Of a stretch of DNA of 64,000 bases, positions 34,665-47,895 are shown piece after piece. The notes under the pieces are model-generated. The model was not told where the DNA came from, ran no database searches, and saw nothing but the letters and a program-made list of their open reading frames with translations. The DNA comes from Takakia lepidozioides (taxonomy: Eukaryota > Plantae > Bryophyta), in the NCBI GenBank assembly GCA_030704615.1, contig CM060734.1:23622001-23686000 (forward strand). The letters are read 5' to 3'. Each line of letters opens with the position of its first letter. The stretch's first letter is position 1. A program made the translations under genes and the position numbers.

Positions 34665-37600
34665 GCGGGAGAGGAGGCTGATATCTCATGGCTTTGGCCT
34701 TCCCATTGCCTTGGGTTCATCACTTCAATCAGGAACATATTTGATAACCTTTTGTCATGCTCAGACCAAGGTGTTAGTAAATCAAACATAAAACTGAAAA
34801 CAAAAGGGAGATTGGTTGATAATGTGTACAAGAACCACCAAGTACACTGGTCTAAATCAGAGAGGGAAGATACTTATGTCTTGTCGAGACATGGACAAAG
34901 ACCAGACAAGGTCATTGTAAAATTAACGACAAATCAGCCTCATAACAAGGCATTATCAACCTTCTTCATTCACAAGTCAGCTTTATGACAAATCCCAGAC
35001 TTCAAAGTCGATGAAATCTCTGGGTGGGGGGGGTGGGAACATATAGATATCCATTTACCATTGCACATAGCAAGAAAATCTTGTTTCGAGTTGCTAAACT
35101 GTGCCACATATGATTGAAAAGAGGGTCTGGAAGCCAGATTCCAGTTTTCCTTTGTTTTTCATCATCACCACTTCAATGCTACAACCTGTTTATATTGGCA
35201 TCTTACACACCGTGTCTTAACCAGATCCACTATACTTTTTTGGCCCATAACCTAGTTCAGGTTTGGGTTCTTTGTATAATGCCATATCAGGGTGATTGAT
35301 CAGCAAGTGTCCATGTCTAAATAAGGAACCATTGACCACTTTTCATAGCAAGAAATATCTGTTCAGCTTAGGAAAGCCATTCATGATCACATAGAACCAG
35401 TCTGCCCTAAGATAAACATCAAGTCAGTTCCTGACACCATCCTTCTTGCCCTATGATCTGGTTCAGATCTGGGGCAGGTGAGTAAGCGCATTGGTGGTGC
35501 TCCCACATCATGTTATCAGCCCCAAGACCAGGTTCAAGGTCTGGGGCAATGATATCATTACCATAATAGGTTGTGATCAAATTTACAGGCCATCAACCCA
35601 TTCATAGAAACCACACAGGGTCTGAATTGTTCATTCCAACAGGTCAGTAAGTTGCCATGGTATCATTTATCCTAAGGCAACCTGAACATCCGGGTCTGAA
35701 TCAGCTTCTTAACAAACAACAAAGGCTTACCATCATGGACATTGTCCATTACAAAAGCCGAGCAACCAAGGATATTATCTGGCCAAAGAAGAGCCATCCT
35801 ACGAGATTACATGGCACCAGATATCCTAAAGCAGCCTGCTCGTAAAAAGAGACCAGGCTTACAAGTGTTTCCAATAAAGGACATTGTCTGGTAAAAACAA
35901 AAACAAAAAAAAAACCAGATCTGCCCCACTTTGCTGCTTGGCACCAGATATCTTAAAGCCACCAGCTTGTCACACAAATGCTCCACCGTCACAACAAGAT
36001 GCCACAGGGAACAAGAGAGAAGCACCCAAATGACTGAGTGTCCACCATACCAAGTTAAGAACAAGAGCCATCAAGATCAAGGGAAAGAGGAAGGGAAAGG
36101 GAAAGGTTTATTCTCCCCCAAAGATACAAATGTCATGGCATCGCTTCTTCAACTCGATTCCAATCACCTTCAAGCTTTGAAATTCATATTAAGTGAGGAC
36201 CCTCACCTGGTCCCATCACATGCAATCAGAAACAGTTAAGTTAGAGAAGATGTTGAACCCCAGGTGAATCGCAGGTCTCACGCCTGTTATCACTGTACAA
36301 CATGCATTACAAAGCAGGGGCAGAAAGGAAACAGAGCATATACAGGCCAATACCTCGATGGCTTGTGGAAGAGAGGCCTGCGCCATAGCTCCCAAGACCA
36401 GTAAACAAGAATGCACAAAGCATGTACAAAGAAAGTGAATCGTCCAAACTTAAAGAGTTCAGTCACTTCCTTGAGGTCTTAAGATGCGCCACTGTATCTT
36501 AATGATCAGTGAAGGTCACAGTAGGCAAACACAGCATAGGTAGATTGCCCGCCAAGCATGAGAGACAACCCCGCCACAGGGAAATTGCAGGTACTGCCGC
36601 CATTGCGCACCCCAAGAGGGAAAGAAGGTACTGAATCTTGTCAAAAAACCTACAGGCCTTAACGGCGCAGCTCCATAGCATTCAAGGGCGCCAGCATCGA
36701 GCTTCAATGAAGGGACCTTAACTCCAAAATTCATGAAGCAACAAACATGAAAGAAACTTTTATCAACCCTTTAGTGTTGACCTAGCCCATGTTTTTGGGT
36801 ACCACATATGTACAAAACCAATGGGGGCAAGTTTAGGTAATGAATTTTTTGCCATTGGTATGTTCCAAGTTGGCAAGTTGTGACAAACGAAGGTACATCA
36901 GCACATATATCAAAATGTAGAGTTTTACCTTTTAGCTTATATATAAGCTTTGGTGACCGGAAGAAGAGGCCAGTGAAAGAACCCTCAATTCCCAAGGTCA
37001 TAAAGTAACAATCAGGAAAGAATCTTCTATCAGACTTTTAGTGTTTACCCACCCCTTGTTTTGGGTAAAACATGTGTACAAAACCAAAGGGGGTAGGTAT
37101 TGGGACTTGAAGTCTGGCAGGGGTTTACCACCTGGTATTCAGACAAAACATCTACCAGCAGCATATCAGAATTGGGTATTTTTTATGGTGCTATAAAGAG
37201 CAAAGCCATAACCAGGAGAAACATAGAAACATTTGAGCCAAAGAAATGGAACTCATTCTTATCATAAGGTATCTAAATCTGACATAAGGCATCGGCTACA
37301 GGGGACCGGCAAACAAGAGTAATGTGCATTGACCGGATCATGTATAAGGTGTACACGTCTACTCCAGCAAGCTGTCTTACCAAGGCCTAGCTCAAAATTT
37401 CAGCATTCAGAAGCCCTACAGATGTTCTATGCTTATCTCAGGTACCTTCAAGGATGCCTTACTCTCCATGCCCAACTAGCCAACATATATTTTGCTGGAG
37501 AAGATCTTACCTTGTGAAGGACTTGCTTGCTCCACACCGTGGTCATGGCGGGAGAGGAGGCTGATATCTCATGGCTTTGGCCTTCCCATTGCCTGGGTTC

Positions 37601-40600
37601 ATCACTTCAATCAGGAACATATTTGATAACCTTTTGTCATGCTCAGACCAAGGTGTCAGTAAATCAAACATAAAACTAAAACAGAAGGGAGAGTGGTTGA
37701 TAATGTGTACAAGAACCACCAAGTACACTGGTCTAAATCAGAGAGGGAAGATACTTATGTCTTGTCGAGACATGGACAAAGACCTGACAAGGTCATTGTA
37801 AAATTAACGACAAATCAGCCTCATTATCAACCATTCTTCATTCACAAGTCAACTTTATGACAAATCCGAGACTTCAAAGTCAATGAAGTCTCTGGGTGGG
37901 GGGTGGGAAAAATTAGAGACTCAATTACCACTGTTCATAGAATGAAACCATTGTTCAGCATGCTAAAAAGTGCCATTCATGACATGCCATGTCATTCAGT
38001 CTGTATTTTTTGGTCAGCTTACATACCGAGGCATAACCAACCATCCTAATTTATTATTGGCTCAAAAACTAGTATAGTTCTTGGGTTCTTTGTATCATTG
38101 GACATACCAAAGTGACTGAGCAGTAAGTATCCATGTCCAAATAAAGATCCATTGATCACTGTTCATGGTTGGAAATGTATGTTTGTCTTAAAGAAGCCAT
38201 TTATGATCATAGAAGGCTTAAGAACAAAATAAGAGCATTTCTTTACATAAAGAACATCACCAAAGCAGGGTTATAGACTGATATTTGGCAGCTCATACAA
38301 TAGGGTATAATCAGCTGCCCTATTTTGCACATCGAGTCACTTATTGACACCATGTTTTTTGCCCCATGGTCTGTTTTAGATCTAGGGCTGGTGTGTAATT
38401 TCAATGACAGGGTAGAGTAATATTCCCATCTTATTTCATGCCCCAAGACCAAGTTCTATGTCTGGGGTAGGGAAATCATTACCATAACAGGCTGTAATCA
38501 GATTTACATGCCATGCAATCATCCATAGGAAACACAAAGAATCTGAATTGCTCAACCTATCAGGCTTGCATGTTACTTTGGTATTATTTATCCCAAAGCA
38601 ACTTGAATACAATGCCCGAATCATTATGTTCACATCTACCAATGTCTTACCATTTTGGAAAATAGGTAAACATTCAAGGTCATATAACCAAGGACCAGAT
38701 TTGGCCACAAAAGATCCATCCATATCAGTTTGGCATGGTATCAAGTGTATTAAAGTAACCAGCTTCTAAAAGAGGCTAAGTTTCCAATGCTTGTACATTC
38801 AAGAACACTCTCTGGTCATCAAAACAGGTCTGCCCGACACTGTAGCATGTTACCAGATCTCTTTAAAGCCATCAAAATGTCATATCATTGCTCCATTGTC
38901 ATCATGACCAGACAGTGTTTTTGAATGAACATGCATTAGAAACTTAGCCTCTTTTAGAAGCTGGTTACTTTAGGACACTTGATACCATGCCAAACTGATA
39001 TGGATGGATCTTTTGTGGCCAAATCTGGTCCTTGGTTATATGCCCTTGAATGTTTACCTATTTTTCAAAATGGTAAGACATTGGTAGATGTGAACAAAAT
39101 GATTCCGGCATTGTATTCAAGTTGCTTTAGGATAAATAATACCAAAGTAACCTACAGGCCTGATGGGATGAGCAATTCAGATTCTTTGTGTTTCCTATGG
39201 ATGATTGCATGGCATGTAAATCTGATAACAGCCGGTTATGGTAATGATTTCCCTACCCCAGACATAGAACTTGGTCTTGGGGCATGGAATAAGAGGTGGG
39301 AATATTACTCTACCCTGTCATTGAAATTACACACCAGCCCCAGATCTAAAACAGATCATGGGGCAAAAAACATGGTGTCAATAAGTGACTCGATGTGCAA
39401 AATAGGGCAGCTGATTATACCCTGTTGTATGAGCTGCCAAATATCAGTCTATAACCCTGCTTTGGTGATGTTCTTTATGTAAAGAAATGCTCTTATTTTG
39501 TTCTTAAGCCTTCTATGATCATAAATGGCTTCTTTAAGACAAACATACATTTCCAACCATGAACAGTGATCAATGGATCTTTATTTGGACATGGATACTT
39601 ACTGCTCAGTCACTTTGGTATGTCCAATGATACAAAGAACCCAAAAACTATACTAGTTTTTGAGCCAACAATAAATTAGGATGGTTGGTTATGCCTCGGT
39701 ATGTAAGCTGACCAAAAAATACAGACTGAATGACATGGCATGTCATGAATGGCACTTTTTAGCATGCTGAACAATGGTTTCATTCTATGAACAGTGGTAA
39801 TTGAGTCTCTAATTTTTCCCACCCCCCACCCAGAGACTTCATTGACTTTGAAGTCTCGGATTTGTCATAAAGTTGACTTGTGAATGAAGAATGGTTGATA
39901 ATGAGGCTGATTTGTCGTTAATTTTACAATGACCTTGTCAGGTCTTTGTCCATGTCTCGACAAGACATAAGTATCTTCCCTCTCTGATTTAGACCAGTGT
40001 ACTTGGTGGTTCTTGTACACATTATCAACCACTCTCCCTTTTGTTTTTAGTTTTATGTTTGATTTACTGACACCTTGGTCTGAGCATGACAAAAGGTTAT
40101 CAAATATGTTCCTGATTGAAGTGATGAACCCAAGGCAATGGGAAGGCCAAAGCCATGAGATATCAGCCTCCTCTCCCGCCATGACCATGGTGTGGAGCAA
40201 GCAAGTCCTTCATAAGGTAAGATCTCCAGCAAAAATATGCTGGCTAGTTGGGCATGGAGAGTAAGGCATCCTTGAAGGTACCTGAGATAAGCATAGAACA
40301 TCTATAGGGCTTCTGAATGCTGAAATTTTGAGCTAGGCCTTGGTAAGACAGCTTGTTGGAGTAGACGTGTACACCTTATACATGATCCGGTCAATGCACA
40401 TTACTCTTGTTTGCCGGTCCCCTGTAGCCGATGCCTTATGTCAGATTTAGATACCTTATGATAAGAATGAGTTCCATTTCTTTGGCTCAAATGTTAGTTT
40501 CTCCTGGTTATGGCTTTGCTCTTTATAGCACCATAAAAAATACCCAATTCTGATATGCTGCTGGTAGATGTTTTGTCTGAATACCAGGTGGTAAACCCCT

Positions 40601-42933
40601 ACCAGACTTCATCACCTAAGTCCCAATACCTGCCCCCTTTGGTTTTGTACACATGTTTTACCCAAAACAAGGGGTGGGTAAACACTAAAAGTCTGATTCC
40701 GGATTGTTACTTTATGACCTTGGGAATTGAGGGTTCTTTCACTGGCCTCTTCTTCCGGTCACCAGAGCTTATATATAAACTAAAAGGTAAAACTCTACAT
40801 TTTGATGTATGTGTTGATGTACCTTCGTTTGTCACAACTTGCCAACTTGGAACATGCCAATGGCAGAAAATTCATTACCTAAACCTGCCCCCATTGGTTT
40901 TGTACACATGTGGTACCCAAAAACATGGGCTAGGTAAACACTAAAGGGTTGATAAAAGTTTCTTTCCTGTTTGTTGCTTCATGAATTTTGGAGTTAAGGT
41001 CCCTTCATTGGCCTCATCTTTCCATTACCAGAGCTTATGTGTAGCTAAAAGGCAAAACTCTACATTCTGATGTAAGTGTTGATGTACCTTTGCTTGTCAC
41101 GGCTTGTTTTGTTTATTTTACCTTGGAGAGTTGAGATTGTAGGCATGTTTATTTCTATGGTTCCTTTGTAACCAGAAGTAAAAGCTACAAAGAAGAGGGA
41201 GGTCATTTATGTGACGGGGTCTGGTATGCACTCCCTTACGGGGTGAGTGCATACCACACTCACTCCATAAGGAGCTGCCATACCAGGGGATGGTTGGTGG
41301 GTTCCCTCTCTCTCCCTCTCTCTCCCTCCCTCCATGGATCTGGCTGGTTCTTTTAAAACTTGATAGTTTAAGACCAGTGGTATGTTACCTAACCCCTAAT
41401 TAACCTTCTTGGAATTTGGTTAATTTCGGTTATTTACATTACCAGGATTTTGGGTATAAGGTCGGGATCCTAATGGAGCCATCCTATTATTTAATTTTTT
41501 CATCCATAAATGGATGTCATCCTCAGAGGATGACACAAATGAAAAATCGAGAGACAATTTCATCCAACGCGGATGAAATCACGTTAGATTTCATCATGCG
41601 CTGTAGAGTTCATCCCGTGTGATGGATTTCATCCCAAATGGATGAAATCCTGGGAAATCACGTGGATGAAATCGCGGGAAATCGCGCTTCATCGCTTCCC
41701 TGCCCTAACCCTCTGCACGACGATCGTGCTTAAGGGATGGCTGGAGCTGAGAGATGGTGGCGGGGGACGCATGGAGCTCGATTCAGGCGCCCTTGAATGC
41801 TATGGAGTTGCGCCTTTCAGGCATTTAGGTGTTCTGGCAAGATTCAGTACCTTCTTCCCCTCTTGGGGTGCGCAATGGCGGCAGTACCTGCAATTTCCCT
41901 GTAGCGGTTGTCTCTAATGCTTGGCGGGCGATCTACCCGTGTTGTGGTTGCTTGCTGTGACCTTCAATGATCATTAAGATGCAAGTGGCGATCTTAAGGC
42001 CTCATGGAAGTGTCTGAACTCTTTAAGTTTGGGCGATTCACTTTCTTTGTGCATGCTTTGTACATTTTGTTGTGCATTCTTGTTTGTTGGTCTTGAGAGC
42101 TATGGTGCAGGCCTCTCTTCCACAAGCCATCAAGGTATTGACTTGCATATGCTCTGTTTCCTTTCTGTCCCTGCTTTGAATTGCATGTTGTACAGCGATA
42201 ACAAGCGTGAGACCTGCGATTCACCCGGGGTTCCACATCGTCTCTAACTTAACTTTTTCTGATTGCATGTGATGGGACCAGGTGAGGGTCCTCACTTAAC
42301 ATGGATTTTAAAGCTTGAAGTTGATTGGAATCGAGTTGAAGAAGCGACGCCATCTGTATATTTGGGGGAGAACAATCTTCCTTTGATCTTGATGGCTCCT
42401 ATGTTTAACCTAGTATGGTGGACAATCAATCATTAGGGCGACTATCTCTTGTTCCCTATGGCATACTGATGTGACAATGGAGCAATGATATGACAAGCTG
42501 ATGGCTTTAAAGAGATCTGGTAACATGCTACGATGTAGGGCAGACCTGTTTTCATGACCAGACAGTGTTTTTGAATGTACATGCATTGGAAACTTAGCCT
42601 CTTTTAGAAGCTGGTTACTTTAGGACACTTGATACCATGCCAAACTGATATGGATGGATCTTTTGTGGCCAAATCTGGTCCTTGGTTATATGCCCTTGAA
42701 TGTTTACTTATTTTCCAAAATGGTAAGACATTGGTAGATGTGAACAGAATGATTCAGGCATTGTATTCAAGTTGCTTTAGGATAAATAATACCAAAGTAA
42801 CCTACAGGCCTGATGGGATGAGCAATTCAGATTCTTTGTGTTTCCTATGGATGATTGCATGGCATGTAAATCTGATTACAGCCTGTTATGGTAATGATTT
42901 CCCTACCCCAGACATAGAACTTGGTCTTGGGGC
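34665..42933. repeat. Tandem and inverted copies of an unclassified ~2.9-3.6-kb unit, including a fold-back with arms ~36704-38820 and 38903-41010
   Basis: Mirror ORF pairs: 38436-38744(-)/38979-39482(+), 37329(+)/40053(-), 36771(-)/40555(+), 36516(-)/41642(+). The unit start recurs at 38903, ~42553 and ~33233. Confidence 0.9.
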
Positions 42934-44699
42934 TGTAGTGTGAAAAGAAGGGGGCATAAATCCCCTCCTGTGTAATTCTAACTGTACTTCTCCCAGTAAA
43001 AAGAACAACCTAGCAATCTACCAGCGGCACACGGTTATGGGTTTCCCTCCTATCGTTCATGATCAGAGTTCATAAATCCTCATCCACGCCGCAGCGGAAG
43101 AGAAAACATGGATGGGGATTGAATCCTTCTTGTTCATGATTTACACAATCTTTATACAATTGCAGCACCAATGGTGCTGCTGTGATATTTTCAGTGATAC
43201 AACCAGCCCTAGACGGAGCTAAATGCGACCCATGTGGGCATCACCCTTGAGCAACACACGTCGAAACCCCTTTTGTAATGAGATCACTGATAAGAGGAAG
43301 GCAACTCAGATCTGCCATGAATTACAGGCCTAGTGATTCTCTGCAGATGTCATGGTTTTTCCTCTATCTCCCAGTTGTTACCCCTTTTACTGAGCAGCTC
43401 TCTCCCTTCCCAAACCTTTTCTCTCTCCTTCCTGCTGTAAAATTCCCTGGCTCACTTTCTTCCAACCAGCAGCCTATCTATATGCAATTCAAACACATTC
43501 AGCCATGTATCCAGTGAATCCAGCCTTGAAATCAAACCTTGGTCACACAAGACATGATCAGCTCTTCCATCAGTCTTTCTCTTACCCAAAACAGACCCTT
43601 CACACTGTTTGCTCCAGGGACAACCCAGTTTGTCAGTCAGTTCCCAACCCTTCTACAGATCTGCATTTAAACACCCCAACAGCTCACTTTTGCCCTTTCA
43701 GATTTGAACCATAGAGTTCAAATGTTGAGTCCACTCTGAACCAGTTCTAAACTCCACATCAGTGTCAGTTTGCAGCCCCATCCAACACTTCCTCTTTCTG
43801 ATTTCAAAGAGGTTACCGCTAACCCTCACTACTGCTCACATCAACTACACTGGATTGCATTACATCTAATCATCAAAATCCCAGAGCCGCATTGTATGCA
43901 GATTCATGATACTGAAGCCAAAGGAACAAAAACAAAACAAATAGCAAGCATTCTGTCACTGTGGGTGAACTACATCTGCCCTCAATCAACACTCCTACAG
44001 ACATGTGCATCAGATCCATTCATCTCCACCCCATCCTGGTTTGAAGTCCAGAGTCCCCATTCCATTTCTCAAAGTCTTTTTCTTGTCCTCATCACGCTCT
44101 CAGTTTGAGAGTCTCTACCAAAATTTCACAACAACGATTCCTAAGTGCCAAAAAGAAGAAGCCTGGTATCTACGAACTTATCTGTCTTATACTCTAGGTG
44201 AAGCGGTGGGTCTGCCTACCCAAAATGGCACCTCACTATCTCTGTCAGTAGCTACCTTAACTCCTCTTGTCGTCTGGATTTGACGATTCCAGCGTTCATT
44301 AAGTCATGACGGCCGTGCTTCAGCCTATGGCAACACCCCTGTAGCTTGCCAACTAACTACCCTATCTCACTATCTAAACAAATCTACCCTAAGATCTGAT
44401 ATAATCTTATAACAAGAAGATAGTGATCATCTGAAAGCTTCCTGCATCTGTACATTCCACTCTTTACCTCCTTATTTACAGATAACCTGAGTCACCATCC
44501 ACAAGCCAATCCCTCATTTGCTTTGGCAGATGCTCGTTATGTCGAGCTGCTCTTCATCCTAACTCTCCATTGATTGTGCCAGCAACTCCACCTCCCTGTT
44601 CTCTGGCAGCTGGCCGTTTCCCTTGCATGCTCATCCTCCCTTGATCATGTTCATCAAGGCAATGGCGGCTCTGGTGGTTGCACAAGATTCGTGACAACA
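42934..44699 (-). repeat. Probable 3' LTR (~1.77 kb) of a minus-strand Gypsy element (family D)
   Basis: Reads TGTTGTCACG…CACACTACA on the minus strand and is preceded by the purine tract GAAGGGAGGCGG (44700-44711). The inner boundary is inferred from the PPT only. Confidence 0.6.
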
Positions 44700-45748
44700 C
44701 CGCCTCCCTTCACCTGGCTTGAGCACAACTCTTCCAAGCTGTTCCCTGCACGATTATCCTCTAGCAAGCCCTAAGCTACCCATTCACCATAGCAGCGACT
44801 GCACCACCTGTTAACTGATCGCTCCATCGCATGCCACACCGATCTCCCTGTAAGCATATCCTCCAGAAATTGATCATTACCAAGAAGATGGCGGCACCGC
44901 TTCCCCTGCTGCACAGATTACCAAGCTGTGCCCTTATACTCTACATTAACACTTCTCTTAATGCAAGTGAGAATGCCCCAGTGTAGATGCAATCGCCCTT
45001 GACACAATGCCCTGCCAATTCCACTGTTCACAGCATCTGCTCAGAGCACCCGTCATCTTCCCCTTCGTCTTCCTCGTCCCGCGTTTCTAGGGTAATCACC
45101 AGTGATGAAAGTCATCCATTTTCACGAACGAAAAACGTGCTAGGTTTCATTAACAGAGTTAATTACAAATTCATTGCATCCTTGGCATTGGATCCTTCGT
45201 CCTTGTTCCTGGGAGTCATCCAGAGAGCATGGATGTAATCCATTCATCCTCCGGATGAAAATACGTATGGTCATGACTTAGCCACTTTCATCCTGGCAAA
45301 GTATCAGCATAGTGTGCCCATGAAATAACCTATAGGCAGGGATGAATTCCGCCCATAGCATGTATGAAATAATTTGAGCATCTTCATCCTGGCCAATAGT
45401 CCCCCATCGTTCCCATGATGTAACCAAGAAACATGTATGGAATAAATTGCAGGGACAACTCAACCTATTTTCACATTGGTACTAGGGCCCTTCCTTTGTA
45501 GCAATGCAGAATCTCAGTGGGTAAAACAAAAATTTAATGTCACTCCCCTGCATTCACACTACATATGTAGTGGTACCCTGCTCGATGCCTCCTTTCATAA
45601 TCCTTTGCTTGTTGACGCTGCCCTTTCTTCACACTTTTCCGCAGCTTAGCCTTCATCTCTGTGAGGAGCTGGATTTTCTGCTGCATCATAAGTGTAACCT
45701 CTGCAACAGATCCATCAAAATTTACTGCTGCTGTAAGATAGTGCAATA
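44700..45748 (-). mobile_element. 3' internal region of the family-D Gypsy element, with an integrase C-terminal remnant
   Basis: ORF 45540-45746 …KGQRQQAKDYERRH is typical of the post-core integrase helix; the 3' region matches 23707-24470. Confidence 0.6.
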
Positions 45749-45770
45749 AGAGATATCCAACTCTTCTATC

Positions 45771-46412
45771 TTGGAGTTTTCACCTCGGATAGCGAAGGGA
45801 TGGGTGAGTAAAAGCCGCTCGACATTTGGCGACCATACTGGGGAACTGGGTCATGAACAACCAGATGTGACAGGCATCTGGTGGGATCATGGTGGTTGGA
45901 GAATTAAAGAATTTGATGTGAATCAAATTCCCTGTGAAACTGAGAAGGAAAGATTGTCCAAACAATTCTTTCAGAGGTTCTTGGAATTGCCAGACGGTTG
46001 TAAAGAAAACATTCTTAAGAGAGTGCATGATGCTAACCCTGAGTGGGGTCTGGAGAAAGGAGTGATAAAGATTTATCAGGTGGCCTGTAGAGGAAGAGCA
46101 TGTTGGTTACCAACATTGGTTTATGTGATAGCATTGTTATCCATTAAGCGAGTAGAGTTTGAAGGCTGGGAGGAAAGGAAGGTGAATGTTTATACTCATA
46201 TGCATGAGGAGCTTGTTCTAGTAAAGAATTGGATTCCAAAGGATATTTTGTGGATCAAACTCACACCAAGAACAGCTTTCCAGACTTGTTTGCCATATGG
46301 TTATATGGTAACGAAGACTTCTAATATAGCCAAGGGTGCCTTGAAGCTTGAAAGAAACCCAAGCATATACGAGAGATATTACAGAAGAGAGTTTTGGTTA
46401 TTGCCACATTAA
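45771..46412 (+). CDS. ORF0 of copy 2 (uninterrupted)
   Basis: Near-identical to 9555-10250. Confidence 0.65.
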   Translation: MEFSPRIAKGWVSKSRSTFGDHTGELGHEQPDVTGIWWDHGGWRIKEFDVNQIPCETEKERLSKQFFQRFLELPDGCKENILKRVHDANPEWGLEKGVIKIYQVACRGRACWLPTLVYVIALLSIKRVEFEGWEERKVNVYTHMHEELVLVKNWIPKDILWIKLTPRTAFQTCLPYGYMVTKTSNIAKGALKLERNPSIYERYYRREFWLLPH

Positions 46413-47895
46413 AGAAATGAAAGACATGGGACATGAGTGATGAAAGAGAAGCTAGACTCCAGAGATATTCAGCAAAAAGAGAAAGTTATCTGAAAGCTAA
46501 TTATCCATATATTTGGGAGAGAGGAATAGACATAGGGGAATCATCAGGACCTCTCACACCATTAAGATCAGAGAGTACATCCTACTGGAAGAACTAGAGT
46601 TGGATGCCACTCCTTCTTTTTCTTTGCAAGAAAGATTAAGGGAATTGGTATAGGAAGAAGATCAACCACAAGGTGAAAGATCTGAGGTACATCCCTAGAT
46701 AAAAGATTTGATAGAAATCTTTGATAAGAGTTGGCATGGAACACCAAAAGCAGGAACTCCAGTTTCTGAGACGGAAGACGAAGAAGGAGGAGAGGATGTG
46801 GCAGAACCAACGGAGAGTTCAGACTCTCCAACACCATTGCAGTTGAGTTACATGAGTGAAGAATAAAACCAAGGGTGGAACTTGGAGGATGAAAACAGAG
46901 AGAAGAAATTGGAAGAGGAAAAGTATGAAGAAGTAGACCCAACAGCTGAGGTTGAGACTACAACCAGGACATCCCAACCCGTTGGACCTGGATCAAGTGG
47001 AGCACTTGGATCACAGGCCAACGAGGGTGTCGGCTCAGGGGGATCAGGCGGGCAGCCTGGATCTGGCTCTGGGGGGACAGGGAGTGTGGGAAGTAGTGCA
47101 ATTGGAGCTGGGAATACTGTGAATATAGTGGGGCCAGTAGCAGGGAGTGCTCAGGGGCCACCACTTGGTGGAAGTTCCACCACAACTACAACAGGTCCTC
47201 AAGGACCAGCACCAGCAAGGGGGCCAGCACCTGTAAGTGGGCAGGGGGTAGGGCCGCAGATGGCGTTACAACCAACACGGGCAAAACCACCTTTTCCAAT
47301 ATATTCAGGAAAAGGGGATCCTGATGTACACATTAGCCAATTTGAGCACATGTATATTGTGAACAATGAGAATGGCGATGATGCCAAGATGAGACTGTTT
47401 CTTTGTTCACTTATAAAGAAAACAAGTGAATGGTATGCAAGATTCCCTGATAATCATTTCCTAACCTGGAATGGCTTGAATACATCATTCCAAAATAGGT
47501 TCAGGACAAGTAAAACTGAGGATGAAGTGTATGGAAGTTTATAACAGTTAAAGCAAAAGAAGCATGAAACTGTTGAGGAGTATATGGAAAAGATGGAATT
47601 GATGATGAAAAAGCTGGCTGCTGTACCAGCACCAGGTTTACAGAAGACTTGGTTTGTGAGTGGACTAAGACCAGAGTTGCACAAGAAAGTGGATATGTTA
47701 CCCCATAATACAGTGGAGGAGGCATTTGAAACAGCGAACAGAATTGAGCAATTGGGAATGCTCAGGAGAGAGAAAAGGGATGATGAGGACTCTGAGGATG
47801 AGTCAGATGAGGAAGAAGAGCAAGAGCTGAAAATGAAGAGTAAGAGGAAGGAAAAGTTGAAGAGGGATAACTATGAGAAAAGATTAGAATAAATC

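Noticed and set aside
41222-41256. Helitron 3' hairpin
   Set aside because: No CTRR terminus at the expected distance on either strand.
33302-42943. Repeated ORF MIPCQTDMDGSFVAKSGPW… as a gene family
   Set aside because: Mostly non-ATG starts, no recognisable domain, the frame is not kept in variant B, and recurrence reflects DNA duplication only.
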